Assembly (NCBI GenBank): GCA_016193545.1
Contig: JACPSA010000016.1
Location: forward strand, 1-34,014
From: Chloroflexota bacterium
GTDB taxonomy: Bacteria > Chloroflexota > Dehalococcoidia > Dehalococcoidales > UBA2162
DNA length: 34,014 nucleotides
Direction: 5' to 3'
Below, one piece after another: positions 33,322-34,014 of this stretch. How positions within the stretch are numbered: the first letter of the stretch is position 1; each line of letters begins with the position of its first letter. The notes under the pieces are model-generated. The model saw only the letters and a list, made by a program, of their open reading frames with translations. It did no database searches and had not been told where the DNA came from. The position numbers and the translations under genes are program-made.

Positions 33322-34014
33322 TTAATGACGGAAATGTCTCGTTCCGGTAAAAACCATGGCGATATTGTGCTCATCGGCTGCCTTGATTGAGTCCTCATCC
33401 CTTATTGAGCCACCGGGCTGGATAATGGAGGTTACCCCAATATTAGCGGCTGCCTCCACCACATCTGGAAATGGGAACATCGCATCCGAGGCTAGAACGC
33501 TACCCCTGGCTTTCTCTCCCGCCTTTTCTCCGGCTATCTGGGCACTGACGATGCGACTGGGCTGCCCGGCGCCCATGCCCACCAGTGTCCGGTCTTTAGC
33601 CAGCACAATGGCGTTCGACTTGATATGTTTCACGGCACGCCAGGCAAAAAGCAGGTCATCAATTTCAGCTTTGCTTGGCTGGCGTTTAGTGACTGTTTTT
33701 AAACTGACACTCTTTTCCGGAATAGAATCGGAAGTCTGGACAAGGAATCCGCCCTTGACCCGGCGGAAATCAAGGTAGCCCGGTTCCGCCTGGCCGTAGC
33801 TCGGTGGCAACTCGGCAACCAGGATACGCAGGTCTTTTTTGCGTTGCAGTAATTTGAGTGCCTCTGCCTGATATTCCGGGGCGATAACTATCTCGTAGAA
33901 GACTGACTTCATCTCTTTGGCCATATCCAGGCTAACCGGTCGGTTGGCGACGACGATACCACCGAAGGCTGACACCGGGTCGCCACTGAAAGCCCGCCGG
34001 TAGGCTTCGGCGAT
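33322..34014 (-). CDS. purH: Bifunctional AICAR transformylase/IMP cyclohydrolase, C-terminal part. The 5' end lies beyond the window.
   Basis: The frame stays open upstream of the track start to the window edge (..IAEAYRRAFSGDPVSAFGGIVVANR). It has GMGAGQPSR and the canonical C-terminal end FTGTRHFRH. Confidence 0.95.
   Translation of the reverse strand: MAEAYRRAFSGDPVSAFGGIVVANRPVSLDMAKEMKSVFYEIVIAPEYQAEALKLLQRKKDLRILVAELPPSYGQAEPGYLDFRRVKGGFLVQTSDSIPEKSVSLKTVTKRQPSKAEIDDLLFAWRAVKHIKSNAIVLAKDRTLVGMGAGQPSRIVSAQIAGEKAGEKARGSVLASDAMFPFPDVVEAAANIGVTSIIQPGGSIRDEDSIKAADEHNIAMVFTGTRHFRH

Overview
The window looks like a moderately GC-rich chromosomal segment from an anaerobe. A Chloroflexota-like origin is only a guess from gene content and repeat style. 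The genes are mostly housekeeping or metabolic, with one clearly foreign patch. From left to right: (1) A minus-strand NAD(P)-linked formate dehydrogenase operon. It comprises a NuoE-like subunit, an unusual 1029-aa NuoF-GltD fusion, and a Cys-type FdhA that runs off the left edge and is missing from the ORF track. (2) mutS, whose last ~50 bp are duplicated 578 bp downstream. The two copies bracket a highly structured non-coding stretch and an orphan XRE/antitoxin-like gene. Next to the second copy lies a strongly AT-rich 341-aa orphan ORF with a PIN-like acidic-residue pattern. (3) A cluster of C5/G5 palindromic (REP/MITE-like) hairpins. Further copies lie at 15.7 kb and 31.4 kb, and solo tail motifs sit in two promoter regions. 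(4) A minus-strand bcd-etfB-etfA operon in which EtfA carries an N-terminal 2x[4Fe-4S] ferredoxin domain. It is followed by three small uncharacterised genes: a 2-TM peptide, a CNCCACCC Cys-rich protein and a 98-aa Trp/Arg-rich protein. (5) A divergent pair of acyl-CoA dehydrogenase paralogues, one with catalytic-looking motifs and one degenerate. (6) ispH and plsC. (7) A ~10 kb same-strand iron-acquisition supercluster. It runs fur, an unannotated 46-aa ORF, FbpABC-type Fe(III) ABC importer genes (the binding-protein gene is frameshifted near its 3' end), two FTR1 permeases (the second fused to a DUF2318-like Cys-rich domain), two FtsX/MacB-type permeases and an ATPase. No P19, EfeO or oxidase partner is present. 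A shared 19-bp operator-like motif sits at the fur promoter and at the head of the transporter cluster. (8) A convergent 71-aa Cys-rich protein, a LacD-family aldolase, a small membrane protein, and pncB-pncA-purH (purH is partial at the right edge). I found no rRNA, tRNA, CRISPR array, transposase or integrase. The best candidates for something undescribed are the P19-less FTR1/DUF2318/FtsX module, the mutS-3'-end duplication with its XRE and AT-rich PIN-like cargo, and the Cys-rich trio downstream of etfA.
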